Source: Candidatus Multivoradales bacterium | GTDB lineage: Bacteria > Acidobacteriota > Thermoanaerobaculia > Multivoradales > J023 | Reading direction: 5' to 3' | Assembly (NCBI GenBank): GCA_965248925.1 | Contig: CBDFLE010000006.1 | Coordinates: 2,048,001 to 2,112,000 of the forward strand | DNA length: 64,000 bases | Shown: one piece after another, positions 20,732-31,400 of the stretch | Layout: each line of letters opens with the position of its first letter | Numbering within the stretch: position 1 is the stretch's first letter | Position numbers and translations under genes: made by a program | Notes under the pieces: generated by a model | Databases searched by the model: none | What the model was told of the DNA's origin: nothing | The model's input: only the letters and a program-made list of their open reading frames with translations

Positions 20732-21027
20732 TGGCTCGAACTCTTGGCATCCGGCGGGAGGCCAAAGCCGAGATCACAGAAGCTCACGACTGGTACAAAA
20801 AGCGCAGGCGTAGCCTCGGAGCCGAGTTCCTCGCAGAAGTCAAGAAGGCCTTCGCTTTCATCGAGGAAGCTCCGGAGCGATTTCCCACCATTCGCAGCAA
20901 CGTGCGCCGGCTGCCCCTCAACCGCTTCCCCTATTCGATTCTTTACCTCGCCGAACCTGACGAGATCGTGGTCCTTGCCTGCTTCCATGGCAGGCGCGAC
21001 CCGAAACGCTGGCAATCCCGGACCTGA
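20731..21027 (+). CDS. RelE/ParE family toxin
   Basis: AKAEITEAHDWY...LGAEF...RFPYSILY...IVVLACFHGRRDP. Confidence 0.9.
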   Translation: MARTLGIRREAKAEITEAHDWYKKRRRSLGAEFLAEVKKAFAFIEEAPERFPTIRSNVRRLPLNRFPYSILYLAEPDEIVVLACFHGRRDPKRWQSRT

Positions 21028-21033
21028 CTTGAG

Positions 21034-21193
21034 GAGGTTGTGGCCACGGGCGTCGACCGCCCGGAACAGGCCGATCGACTGCGCCAGCAGGGAGCCCCAC
21101 TTGGCCACCGGCAAGTTCTTCGGTGAGCCGCAGAGTAGAGCGCAGCCGGTAGCCAGTCTTGCCGCTTAGCCATTCAGCGGTCAGGCAAGCTGA
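21034..21193 (+). pseudogene. Copy B: degenerate duplicate of the EAL gene 3' end
   Basis: Reads EVVATGVDRPEQADRLRQQG, then a +1 frameshift and a premature TAG; ends on the same GCAAGCTGA as copy A. Confidence 0.85.
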
Positions 21194-21523
21194 GCCGGTG
21201 TCGACTACGTTCTATTAGCTGATTCTGTGCGGCTGGTCTGGCTGCAGAAGAGCCGACCGCTGGCCTGAGAGTAGGCGACGGGACGCCTGTCGAAGTCGGA
21301 GGATGATCCCAGTTGCATTACGTTGACTCCGGCAGCCGTCCCACCCACCCACCGGCTGCTCCCGCCAAGCCTCCGATGGGTATTGAACAACCGACTAGCC
21401 CGAAGGCCGCTGCCGATTGTTTATCACCTGTGGGACAAGTTACCGCTCCGTGGCAGGCACCACCAAGGTCTTTGGGGTAGGACGCTGGCTGGCTGGGACC
21501 GAATCCCACTGCCGGGGACGGAC

Positions 21524-22711
21524 TCAGGCGGCTCCTCTTAGAGCAAAACGGGCGTGCTCTTCATAGGGGATATCGAGCATCACCTCGAACCCCCCGGTGC
21601 GCCGGTTACGAAACTCAAAACGGTGGTCCTCACCATAGAGCTGCTCTAGTCGGGCCCGAGTATTGGCCAAACCCACTCCCTCTCGCACCTCCACTCCAAC
21701 CAACCCAGGACCGTCGTCAGCCACCTGTAAGTCCAAACGATCGCCCCGCCGCCGAGCACGCACCGCAACTTGGCCGGCGGCCGAACTCACCGCGATGCCG
21801 TGGCGAATCGAATTCTCCACCAAGGGCTGCAGCACAAGCTTCGGCACCTGGGCACCCAAACAGTCGCGGGGAATGTCGAGTTCAACTCGCAAGCGATCGT
21901 GGAAGCGTATTTCTTCGATCGCCAGGTAGCGGGAGAGGAATTTCAGCTCTTGCCGCAAGGGTATCTGATGGCGATCGTCCTTCTCTAGCGACAACCGCAG
22001 CAAGTCCGAGAGTTGGGTGATCATGCGATCAGCGGCCTCGACATCGCGATGCATCAAGGCCGAGATGGAGTTTAAGGCGTTGAATAAGAAGTGCGGATGC
22101 AGCTGCATTTTCAGCACCGTTAGCTGTGCCTTCACCAGCTGGGTTTCCAGACGCGAGGAGCGGCGCTGGTATTGGACATAGAACAGCAAGGCGTGGGTAG
22201 CCGCCAACAAGGCACAGTAGGCCACCAAGTGCAAAGTCTGAGGAGTAGCCAAGAGCTGCTCGGACAAACCCGGCCCAGCCACTGAACTCAACCCATCAAC
22301 AAGCCCCGACCGCCACGAACGCCCTTCGGTCAAAGCGACGGTCACGCCGCTGATTATGCCGCTCTTCAAGTAACCCAAAAGGTTGTAGGCGGCGGTAATC
22401 ACCAACGCCAGGCCGACATGGATGGCGATCCGCGAGCGCCAACGCCGCCGCTCGAGCGGAAAGTGCTCAGCCGCCCACCAGATGATCGGCACGAAGAGAG
22501 CCCACAAATGCCAACCGAGTAGTTGCGAGACAATCATCGGCCAGTCTACCGCGTCGTCCTCGGCTAACATATCGACCAGACCGGGTAAAACCAGCAGCAG
22601 GGTGAGCAGCATCCAGCCGAACACCATCAAGCCCCAACGCCAACGCCGACGCTCGAGCGGCAATCCGCCGTAAGCGGGCGCGCTGTCGAGGACCGCTGGC
22701 TCAGATTTCAT
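21524..22711 (-). CDS. LytS/YehU-family sensor histidine kinase
   Basis: Multiple N-terminal TMs, QLHPHFLFNALNSI, LQPLVENSIRHG, DDGPG, GVGLANTRARL. Confidence 0.92.
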   Translation of the reverse strand: MKSEPAVLDSAPAYGGLPLERRRWRWGLMVFGWMLLTLLLVLPGLVDMLAEDDAVDWPMIVSQLLGWHLWALFVPIIWWAAEHFPLERRRWRSRIAIHVGLALVITAAYNLLGYLKSGIISGVTVALTEGRSWRSGLVDGLSSVAGPGLSEQLLATPQTLHLVAYCALLAATHALLFYVQYQRRSSRLETQLVKAQLTVLKMQLHPHFLFNALNSISALMHRDVEAADRMITQLSDLLRLSLEKDDRHQIPLRQELKFLSRYLAIEEIRFHDRLRVELDIPRDCLGAQVPKLVLQPLVENSIRHGIAVSSAAGQVAVRARRRGDRLDLQVADDGPGLVGVEVREGVGLANTRARLEQLYGEDHRFEFRNRRTGGFEVMLDIPYEEHARFALRGAA

Positions 22712-22736
22712 CGTCAGCTCCCAAGAAATGCTTGGT

Positions 22737-25613
22737 CTAATACAGGCTCAAGCGTAAACCCAGACGTAGAACTCGCGGATGCACGGTCTCCAGAATTGCG
22801 TTGGCTTGTGGACTGTTGAGCCGCGTGTCGCGATTCAACGCCGGGTTGGTATCCAGCAGGTTGAAGGCATCCAGGCTGACCACCGCCCGGCCGAGACGGC
22901 CGATGGCGAATTCCTTGTCGAGACGCAGATCGAAGGTGTAGATATCGTCGAGCCGCAGCTCATCGCTGTTGGCGGTGACCTGCACCAGCCGCACCGACTG
23001 GTCCGGAGAAACCACGGTCAGCGCATAGGCTAGAGGGTGCCCTTGCCGGCCACTTAGGCTCGCGCCAACATCGAAACCCCAGCGACGCTGTGGCGCTATC
23101 CGAAATTGGCCTAGTAGGTTGAACGACCAACGACTGTTGAGAAAAGAGCCGCTGGAGCGACCATCGAGGTTCAAACTCCGCCCGACAACATCGCCCTCGC
23201 TATCAGCCCCGGCAATACCGGAACCGGAAAGCTCAGGGGCCAGGTTGGTGGGGTCGTCATGCAGGCGAAAATCCTGCCCCACCCCCCATCGCCAATCACT
23301 CCAGGTGCCGTGGCCGCGCAACGACCAATTGCCAACCTGCCGACGATTGAAGCCGAGGCTAATTCCCTCATAGCTCTGTGAGCGATCGCCATTAGTCAGC
23401 AACGAACCACCACTGAACGAGCGCCCAGCGCGCAACTGGAAGATCGGCACCGAGAACTTGGCGCCATTAGGTAACTCACCGGTTATCCGCCGCTCTAACT
23501 CGTAGTCACTAGCCAACGTTTGCCGTAGTCGACCGTTCTGATCCACGATTAGACGGCGCTCTTCGAGCAAATTCGAATTCGCACGGCGCTCGTACTCCAA
23601 GGTCCACACCACGTTGGAACCTACCCGGCGCTCAAGGGCGAGGCGAGTCTCGACCCGGCGCTCGCCTCTCAGACCACGGTCGGTTGAATTGGCCTCTCCT
23701 CCCGGCGCTCCCGAGAAAAAACTGACGTTGCTGATTTCGAGCACGAATCGCTCGTCACCCAAGTCGAATCCCGGAGAACCCTGATCGATGAATCCGAGCA
23801 ACACTTCGGCGCCAGCACCCGGACTCTGGCGGCTGATCAGGTCCGCATGCAGGCCGGAGCCGTAGGCCGCCGCCGCCGCCCGCAATACGGTGCGGTTTTG
23901 CTTGCCAATGCCCCAGGTCAAGCCCATTCTTGGGGAGATGTTCTGCCATTCGATATCAGCCGCGGAACCGCCGTAGCTCACTTCCGGGAGCAGCTCGGGA
24001 AAGAACTCATTGGCCTCAATTTGCAGCGCTCGATTGCGACCGCGCTGGGCCTCACGGCGGAATCCGAGGTCGATCTTCAAATCACCTAGACTTACCGAGT
24101 CTTGCAGCCAAATTGCGAACTCTTGACGCTCGACATCGGTGTTCTCAGGCCGCAGCACGCGCAGCGCCTCGAAATCCACTCCGAGATTCTCGCCAGCGAC
24201 CTGCACCAGGTTGTCCGACCCCCAGCGTTCCCGCGCACGATCCCGCAGGCGGCGATCACTGACGCCAAAGCGCAAGGCATGCTCGCTGCGACCAGGCTGC
24301 CGATGCAGCTGGCCCTCAAGCCGCCACTGCTCTGTCTGCTGTTGAGTATCGAAGTTGGCATAGCTGCCCGACCAAATACCGTCCGCGCCGAGTTCGATTC
24401 TCTCTCCAACCTCACCCAGGGGCGACAACATGGCATGTCGATCCCAGTTTGCAGCGCGAAAACTCCACAGGTTGGTAGCACCGATCTGCTGGCTAAGATC
24501 AAAGCGCAGCAACTCGCTTGGCTGTTCTTCCAACAAGGTGGTTTCGAGCTGCCGATCCGGCGCCGCGCCGAGACCCTGGGTCAGGGTGTCACTGCGGTAA
24601 CGAGCCACACTGACTTGCCAAGAGGAGGTTGGTTTGGCTTCCAGCTTAGCTGCTGAATGGCGCAGTTCGGCATCCTCTTCCAAACCCCCAACAGCTTGTT
24701 GAGTCAGGCGTTCATAGCCGTAGAAGGCGTAGCCCCACAAGCGCTCGCCCCACAGGCTGCCGCCAAGATTCACGTCGAAGCCTAGAGAATCAAGCCGCCG
24801 GCTCGGTAGCAGCAAGCGCTCAGCACCGTCGACCTTGGGTCCGGCCTGCCACGAACGGTCGGCAAGTTCGGCGCCCACGCTACCCTGCCAACCTACCCCA
24901 GCGCCGCGGGTCACCAGATCCACGACCAGCCCGCTGCCGGGCAACGAAGCATCACGCGCCGGAGTCGCAACTCGCACTTCCCTAACCGCTTGCCCACCGG
25001 GCCTGGGCTGCGCCGCCGAAGCAACCGCTATGCCGTCAAGGGTCAAGACGTCGTCGGCAAGGGCGGTGCCGGCTCGGTAGGGGGCTCGCGATGAAGTCTG
25101 AGCGCCGGTCGGCTCGACCACCACTCCAGAGGCGCTCTTCGCCGCCGACCAAGGATCGTGGTCTACCGACACGGTCCCCAGTTCGCGAGGGTCGATCGTC
25201 GTCCATGGTTCACCGACAGCTACCTGCGGTGGCTCGGTAGCAACGACGATGACTTCGTCCAGCGACGGGCTCATCTTGACCAGCAGGCGGGTGATATCAC
25301 CGGGCTGAATCCGCACCGGCTGATGCACCACCTTCGCAAATCCTTGGTGCTCAACTTCCAAGACATAGCGGCCTCGGGGCAAGCGGCGAAAGTGAAAGCT
25401 GCCGTCCTCGTCAGTCCTCACGGTCTTTCTCAGACCCTCACCAGTGAGAACAATCTCGGTCTCCATCAAACAGCTGCCCTCGCCGTCGGTGACCTTGCCC
25501 ACCAGTTGGCCGACTTCGATCTGAGCTAGCAACGGCCAGCAGAGCAGACCGAGCGCTGCCCCTAGAAAAACTCTCCTCAGCGGCGGAATCTTTACGCTAA
25601 AAGTCCGTGCCAT
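22737..25613 (-). CDS. TonB-dependent receptor-like outer-membrane protein with carboxypeptidase-regulatory-like N-domain
   Basis: Signal peptide, GKVTD...TDEDGSFHF..LP.GRY.L, SPRMGLTW, DLRLDKEF, DAFNLLD, C-terminal PRVLRLGLRLSLY; GGAGG RBS before ATG 25613. Confidence 0.82.
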   Translation of the reverse strand: MARTFSVKIPPLRRVFLGAALGLLCWPLLAQIEVGQLVGKVTDGEGSCLMETEIVLTGEGLRKTVRTDEDGSFHFRRLPRGRYVLEVEHQGFAKVVHQPVRIQPGDITRLLVKMSPSLDEVIVVATEPPQVAVGEPWTTIDPRELGTVSVDHDPWSAAKSASGVVVEPTGAQTSSRAPYRAGTALADDVLTLDGIAVASAAQPRPGGQAVREVRVATPARDASLPGSGLVVDLVTRGAGVGWQGSVGAELADRSWQAGPKVDGAERLLLPSRRLDSLGFDVNLGGSLWGERLWGYAFYGYERLTQQAVGGLEEDAELRHSAAKLEAKPTSSWQVSVARYRSDTLTQGLGAAPDRQLETTLLEEQPSELLRFDLSQQIGATNLWSFRAANWDRHAMLSPLGEVGERIELGADGIWSGSYANFDTQQQTEQWRLEGQLHRQPGRSEHALRFGVSDRRLRDRARERWGSDNLVQVAGENLGVDFEALRVLRPENTDVERQEFAIWLQDSVSLGDLKIDLGFRREAQRGRNRALQIEANEFFPELLPEVSYGGSAADIEWQNISPRMGLTWGIGKQNRTVLRAAAAAYGSGLHADLISRQSPGAGAEVLLGFIDQGSPGFDLGDERFVLEISNVSFFSGAPGGEANSTDRGLRGERRVETRLALERRVGSNVVWTLEYERRANSNLLEERRLIVDQNGRLRQTLASDYELERRITGELPNGAKFSVPIFQLRAGRSFSGGSLLTNGDRSQSYEGISLGFNRRQVGNWSLRGHGTWSDWRWGVGQDFRLHDDPTNLAPELSGSGIAGADSEGDVVGRSLNLDGRSSGSFLNSRWSFNLLGQFRIAPQRRWGFDVGASLSGRQGHPLAYALTVVSPDQSVRLVQVTANSDELRLDDIYTFDLRLDKEFAIGRLGRAVVSLDAFNLLDTNPALNRDTRLNSPQANAILETVHPRVLRLGLRLSLY

Positions 25614-25868
25614 GTTCGCACCTCCACTTGGGCGGGCTGCAATCCCATGCCTCGCCTCCACACAGAGCGGTGGACACTGCGGACAGTTGCAGCACTTGCG
25701 GGATCAATTGCTGGGTCGTGTGCTTCATGGGAAACCCCACGAGAGAGTGTAGCGCAGCAAATTGACCAAGCTGCTCGCGGCAGGGGGTCTGGTGGACCCT
25801 GGAGGGGCGCTCACCCCCGCAGGCCGCGGCCTGTCCCTCAGAAGCCGCGACTCAGCCCAACGGATTGG

Positions 25869-26114
25869 CTACTCGCCGCCCTCACCCAGTTGCTGGACTA
25901 TTTGACTGACCTCGACCTCTGCCTTGCGGATTTTGCCGCGGCATATTTCGAGCAACTCCGCCGCTCGGCGAAGTTCGCCAGCCAGCCGGTCGATATCGGT
26001 CTCGTCCTGGTCGATTCGCTCGAGGATCGCCTCGAGTTCTTCCATCGCGGCACTGAAGCTTGGCGCCTTGGCCTGGAGTTCGAGCTGGGGGGTCGGATTC
26101 TCGGATGAGGTCAT
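25869..26114 (-). CDS. xseB: Exodeoxyribonuclease VII small subunit
   Basis: SFSAAMEELEAILERI...ELLEICRGKIRKAE; directly downstream of xseA. Confidence 0.9.
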   Translation of the reverse strand: MTSSENPTPQLELQAKAPSFSAAMEELEAILERIDQDETDIDRLAGELRRAAELLEICRGKIRKAEVEVSQIVQQLGEGGE

Positions 26115-27560
26115 GGAATCTCCGGCTTGGGTTGGTCAGCCACAGGAGCGGCCTGGGCAGCGCTCGGCACCGAGCCTTCTACCCGACTGTCGAGCCGACC
26201 ACTGGCCAGCTCAGTATGAATGATATCGCCAGGCTGAGCCTCGGACGAGCTGCGCAAGATAACGCCAGAAACACTGCGGGTGACACTGAAACCGCGCCCC
26301 AACAGGCGATGGGGCGCCAGCTCACGACACAACCGTCGATGCCCTTCGATCACTGCCTCAGCCTCCCGCAGGCGGCTGGCGGCCAGCTCGGCCAGGCGGC
26401 GTGCGAGGCGGCTCGGCAGGACCCGGCGACGCTCCAAGGAGCGCGGCACTGCACCCAGAAGACGACCTTGGTGGCGCGCCAATCGAGTCTCGGCGTCGCG
26501 CAGTCGGCGGCGGCTCAGGCGACCCAGCGAACGCCCGGCTTCGATCACTCGCCGCGCCACCGCCTGCAAATACAGGGAAGCAGAGTGGGCTACCCGCTCG
26601 CCACGGGTCAAGGCTTGGCGCGCTCGTCCGAGGCGGTCTTCGGCCAGACGGGCCAGCATGTGGCTGAAGTCACGCACCGCCTGTTCCGCGAGAGCCAGGC
26701 GCTCAATCAAGAACTCCGCTGCTTGGGTGGGAGTCTTGAGCGCCGTGTGGCTGACCAGATCGGCGATCGACTGATCGATCTCGTGCCCCAGGCCAGTGAT
26801 TACCGGCAGCGGACAGCGGGCCACCGCTTCGGCGACCCGTCGACTGTCGAAGAGAGCCAGGTCGCTGCGCGAGCCGCCACCACGGATCAAGACCACACAG
26901 TCGACGGCGGCAGTGGCGGCGGCGGACAGCGCCGACACTAGCTCACCCTCAGCAGCTTGACCCTGCACCGCGGCATGTACGAAATGCACTCGAAAACCAT
27001 AGCCGCTGGCTTGCAAACCGCTGAGAAAGTCGTGATAGGCGGCACTGCCGGCCGAAGTCACCAGGCCGATCCGCAACAGCAGCGGCGGCAGCTCAAGGCC
27101 CCGATTGCGCTCCATCAACCCGGCCGCACCGAGCGCCGCCAAAGTCTGCCGACGACGACGCTCCAACAGGCCGAGGGTGAACAGCGGATCGACTTCGCGC
27201 ACCACCAGCTGCAACCGACCGCCGGGAGGGTAGAAATCCAGCCGGCCGCGGCAGCGAATCTCGATCCCCTCGGTCAGTTGCTGATCGGCCGCCTGCAAGA
27301 CCCGCCGCACCCGCTGATGATCGCTGCGCCAGATCACCGCATCGAGTTTGCCAACGATGGCATCGCCCTGCCCATTCTCGACCAGCTCAAAATAGAGATG
27401 CCCGCGCTGGCTAGCGCGGGCTCGCTGGATCTCACCGCTGATCCAAAAATCGCGGAAGGCCTCACCGAGAAAGGACTTGATCTCGGCGGTGAGCTCTGAA
27501 ACTCGGTAGGTCGGCTCGCCGCCAGCCGGCGCCGTCTGAGGCGCGGATCCGTGCTCAGTG
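26111..27560 (-). CDS. xseA: Exodeoxyribonuclease VII large subunit (5' end approximate)
   Basis: YRVSEL, WISGEI, GHLYFEL, AAYHDF, AVQG, IRGGGS, ITGLGHEID, TPTQAAE, LGRGF. No ATG/GTG/TTG near the expected N-terminus. Confidence 0.88.
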
Positions 27561-28079
27561 ATAGGTGACGAGCTCCTCGGACGAGGCCAGCGGCAACGAC
27601 TCGGCCCATTCCATGGCCTCGGCATCACCATCGTAGCGGCTGGCCACGTAGACCATCGCTTCATCGCGCTCGGAAAACAGCCGCCAGAGGAAAGTGTGGC
27701 CGGCCGGCGCGGTGAAGTACGAGTAGCGCTTGGCGCCGTCGGAAAGATCGAGGCCGTTATCACCGTTAACGCCGATACAGCTCAGGCCGATCGCCTTGTG
27801 GGCCAGCGCTAGCGCCTTGAGGGCATCTTCGAAATCCACCAGCTCTTCCCGCGACAACGCCGAGTGATGGAGAGCGATACGATTGCCATCCTCCTCCGCC
27901 AAACAGTTGTAGGGCACGTCGTTGCGATCCATCGCGTCTTTGGTCTCAGCCGTGGTGACGAAGACGTCATCGGTGCCAACCACCTTGTAGGCAATCGCGT
28001 AGACATCGTCTTTGATCCGGGGGAAAGCCTCGGCCAAAAGGCTCTCGTCCTCGACGGTGAAGTAGTAGAGACGGCTCAT
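27555..28079 (-). CDS. Hypothetical acidic cytoplasmic protein upstream of xseA
   Basis: 174-aa ORF with strong GC3 bias and protein-like composition; no family recognised. Confidence 0.7.
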   Translation of the reverse strand: MSRLYYFTVEDESLLAEAFPRIKDDVYAIAYKVVGTDDVFVTTAETKDAMDRNDVPYNCLAEEDGNRIALHHSALSREELVDFEDALKALALAHKAIGLSCIGVNGDNGLDLSDGAKRYSYFTAPAGHTFLWRLFSERDEAMVYVASRYDGDAEAMEWAESLPLASSEELVTYH

Positions 28080-28476
28080 CAGTCGTCGTTTCATGGTTCG
28101 ATCTTCCTCAAGCTATGATCAACGGTCGATTCCGTACCGACTGTAACGTGTTTGGGTGATTGCGCAATTCCGAGCGGCACAATTCTGAGCCGCACCAGCG
28201 GCCCAGGCAGTGGATATTTCCTGGGAATATTTCGCCGGGGAGGCCTTGCGATCAACACCGCTCGATGGATGGAACGTTTCTGGAGGGCGCCTCGGAGTGG
28301 CAGGAATCTCAAATGAATAGACTCTCAGCCTGCTTCCACAAGAAGATAGTAGCATAGGGAGACTTGGCCCGAGTTCTTGAGCATTGGGTCCAAAGCTAGG
28401 GGATGGAGCGGCGGTGTGATGGCTTTGAGGGGAAGCGCATCGCACTGGCCGGCTACATCCGCGGCGCCTCAATACG

Positions 28477-31400
28477 ATGTTAGTTCAAACCGCTAGCCCC
28501 TCCGTCCCTGCACCCGGCCTACAGCTACCGGTAGCATTGCTGCGCTTTTGGGCCGACGGGCCGCATCGGCATCGCGCCCTGGAGGCAGCCTCGGCCCTCG
28601 GCCAAAGAGCCGAATTTGTCCTGCTGCGCGAAGATCTGCTGGCCGTCCTACCCACTCCGGGCCAACCGGCGGTGTTCGACGCCGCCATTCAACTCGCCCA
28701 GGTGCTCGGCGCCAAATTGCGCCGTGAAGGCCGCAGCTCGGCTTTGGCGGGCCTGTTGGTCCTGCCAGGCAGAGTACGCCAGAACGGCGGCAGTACAGAG
28801 CTGGTCGACGAGTGGCTGATCGACGATCTCGGCCAGCAAGCCCCTGAGCTGCCGGCCCACAATGTGGTGGTCACCGGCTACGCGGCGAGCTGGCTGGCGG
28901 GCCGCTACCAGTTCGACAACATCGGCTCCTACCGCGGCCCCTCCGGCCGTACCCTTCCCTTGCTGCGTTTGATCGGCCACACAGGGAAGCCCTATTGGCA
29001 CAATCAAGAAGTCTTGGGCCGCCGACCGTGGGTTGATCGGCCAGGGGTCGACGGCACATTGCGAGCGGCTGCCAAAGGCGGTTCGGTGCTGCTCCACGGG
29101 CCCCTCGGCTGTGGCAAAAACCGGGCGATCTGGCATTTCCTCGCAGACTGGCCCGGCGACAAGTTGCCATTGATCGCCGGCTGCTCCCTACTCGGTGCCC
29201 ACGGCCTGATGCGGCGCCTGACAGACGAGCTACAACGCATCGCGCCAGAACATGCCCCTCTGGGCACGCTAGAGAAGCTCAAACATCAAGAGATCGCACC
29301 GGATCTAGCTGCCCAGCTGCTGCTCTCTTGGCTGGAGAAAGCCGCCGCCAAGGCTGCCCATCGACCCTGGCTGGTGGTCGACGACGCTCAATCGGCCAGC
29401 CCGGTCGACCTGCGGCTGCTGCGACACTTGGTGGAGCGAGCCGGCCCGCACAGCTTCTATCTGGCGATTCTGACCCGCGACGGCGGCAACCACCTCGCCT
29501 CCCTGCCCTTGCCAAGGGTCGAAGTGCCGCCGATGGATGCCACCGCGTTTGATGAGCTGAGCTACCAGCTGCTCGATGGGTTGTCGCTAAAACCAGCAGT
29601 GGAGGAGCGCTTCCTCAGCGCCAGCGCCGGCTATCCCCTGGCCCTCGAAGAGGGCTTGATAGCATTGGTGCATCGCCGGCTGGTACGGAGGGTCTACGGC
29701 AGCTTCTTCTTCGATGGCGACAACCAAACTCCCTATGAGGCTTCGCAGCGCTTAGTGCGCTTTGTCGAGTCCGAGATCGGTCGCCTCGGCGAGCCCCTGC
29801 CCCTGCGCCTGCTTGCCGCCGCCGACCAGCCTATTCCGCCGGCAGCCCTCGCCCTCACCGCCAACTCATTCACTACCCCGCTGGCAGCAGGCTGGGAGCG
29901 CGCCTTCATCGACAGCGGCTGGTTGCGCTCGACGCCCTCGGCCTGGGGCGCAGGACTCGACTTCAGCTGCCCAGCCTTCCGCCAAGCGGTGAGCCAGACT
30001 TTTTCTGCCGCCGACGCCGACTCGAGCCGCCGCCAGCTCGGTCGGGCGCTGACCGAGAGCAGCAGCGACTCGCCCCAAGCCTGGGCCGCCTACCAGCTGT
30101 TGGCGGGTTCCGCCGACTCTCTGCCACCCCTGCTGCAAGCCGCGCGGCAAGCATCGCCAACCGCCCGCAATGAACTCCTGGACGCCCTGCGCAGCGAGTA
30201 CCTCCTCTTACGTGCGGCGCCGGCGAAGGAGTTCACGCCAAGCCAACGCCTCGACCTGCTGTGGTCGATGTTGCCTCTGGCACACCACTTGGGCCAACTC
30301 GCCGAACTCGGCGACGAACTCAGCGAGGCCGTCGAACTGGCCGCCGAGCAGCCGGAACGCTTTGTCGCCCTGGCCACCTTGAAAGCCGAGCTCGACCAAA
30401 AGCAGGGCCGCTTCCGCGAAGCGGAAGGGGGCTTGCGCCAAGCCCTCGCGGCCTCCAGCGGTAGCGGCGAACGCCGGCGGGCAATGCTTTTCATCCGCCT
30501 TGGCCGACTGCTCAGCAGTCAACAACGCTATGTCGAGGCGCGCGAGATCTTCGAGAGCCTTCGCGGCTTGGTCGACCGTGAAGGGGCGACCACGTTGGGT
30601 GCTACCTGCCATTTCTTCCTCGGCAACATCGCTTTGCACCAACGCCGCCTGGCCGAAGCCGAGCGCCACCACGAGCTGGCCTTGTCGGTACGCCGCCAGC
30701 AGGGCCAGCAACGCCCCCTGGGAGCGTCGCTCTCTGCCTTGGGTTCGGTGGCTCAGGCGGCCGGCAACTATCCCCAAGCCCTCCACCGCTACAGCGAAGC
30801 CGAGACGGTGCTGGTGGCCTATGGTGACGATGTCGAACTCAGCTTCGTTCTGCTCGGCGCGGGTCGGGTACTCGGCCTACTCGGCGATCCTCAGGCCGCC
30901 AGCCAGCCCCTGCGCCAGGCCCTCGAGCATCGCAGCGGCAGAGACGACGTTGCCGGCGAGGCCATCGCCCGTCTGGCATGGGCCAATAACCGGTTGCAGC
31001 TGGGCAAGGTCGACGACGCCCTGAGTGAAACTCGACGGGCCCACTTCGATCTCAGCATGCTGCCGCAAACTTCGGTGATCGGAGATGCCGAGCAGCTACT
31101 GGGTCGTTGCTTGATGCGCCAGAAGCCCTACTTGGAGGCCGAGCAGCACCTGCGCGGAGCCATCAGTGTGCACGGCCAACACGGCAACACCGTCAGCACT
31201 GCCGAAGATCACTCCTGGCTCTTGATCCTGGGCCTGCGCCAGGAGAATCTAGAGGCCATCCGTGAGCACTGCACTGCGCTCGAACGGCTGCTTGACGACT
31301 TACCGAGTTCTTCCGGCGATGACGAGCTGCTGTATTTTCGCCTGTTCCAGGGTTTGACTTTCTTGGCCGAGAGCGATTCGCCGATCGACAGCCGACCGGC

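Noticed and set aside
20263-21193. Repeat pair as a diversity-generating retroelement TR/VR
   Set aside because: Mismatches are not adenine-specific, there is an indel, and no reverse transcriptase is present in the window.
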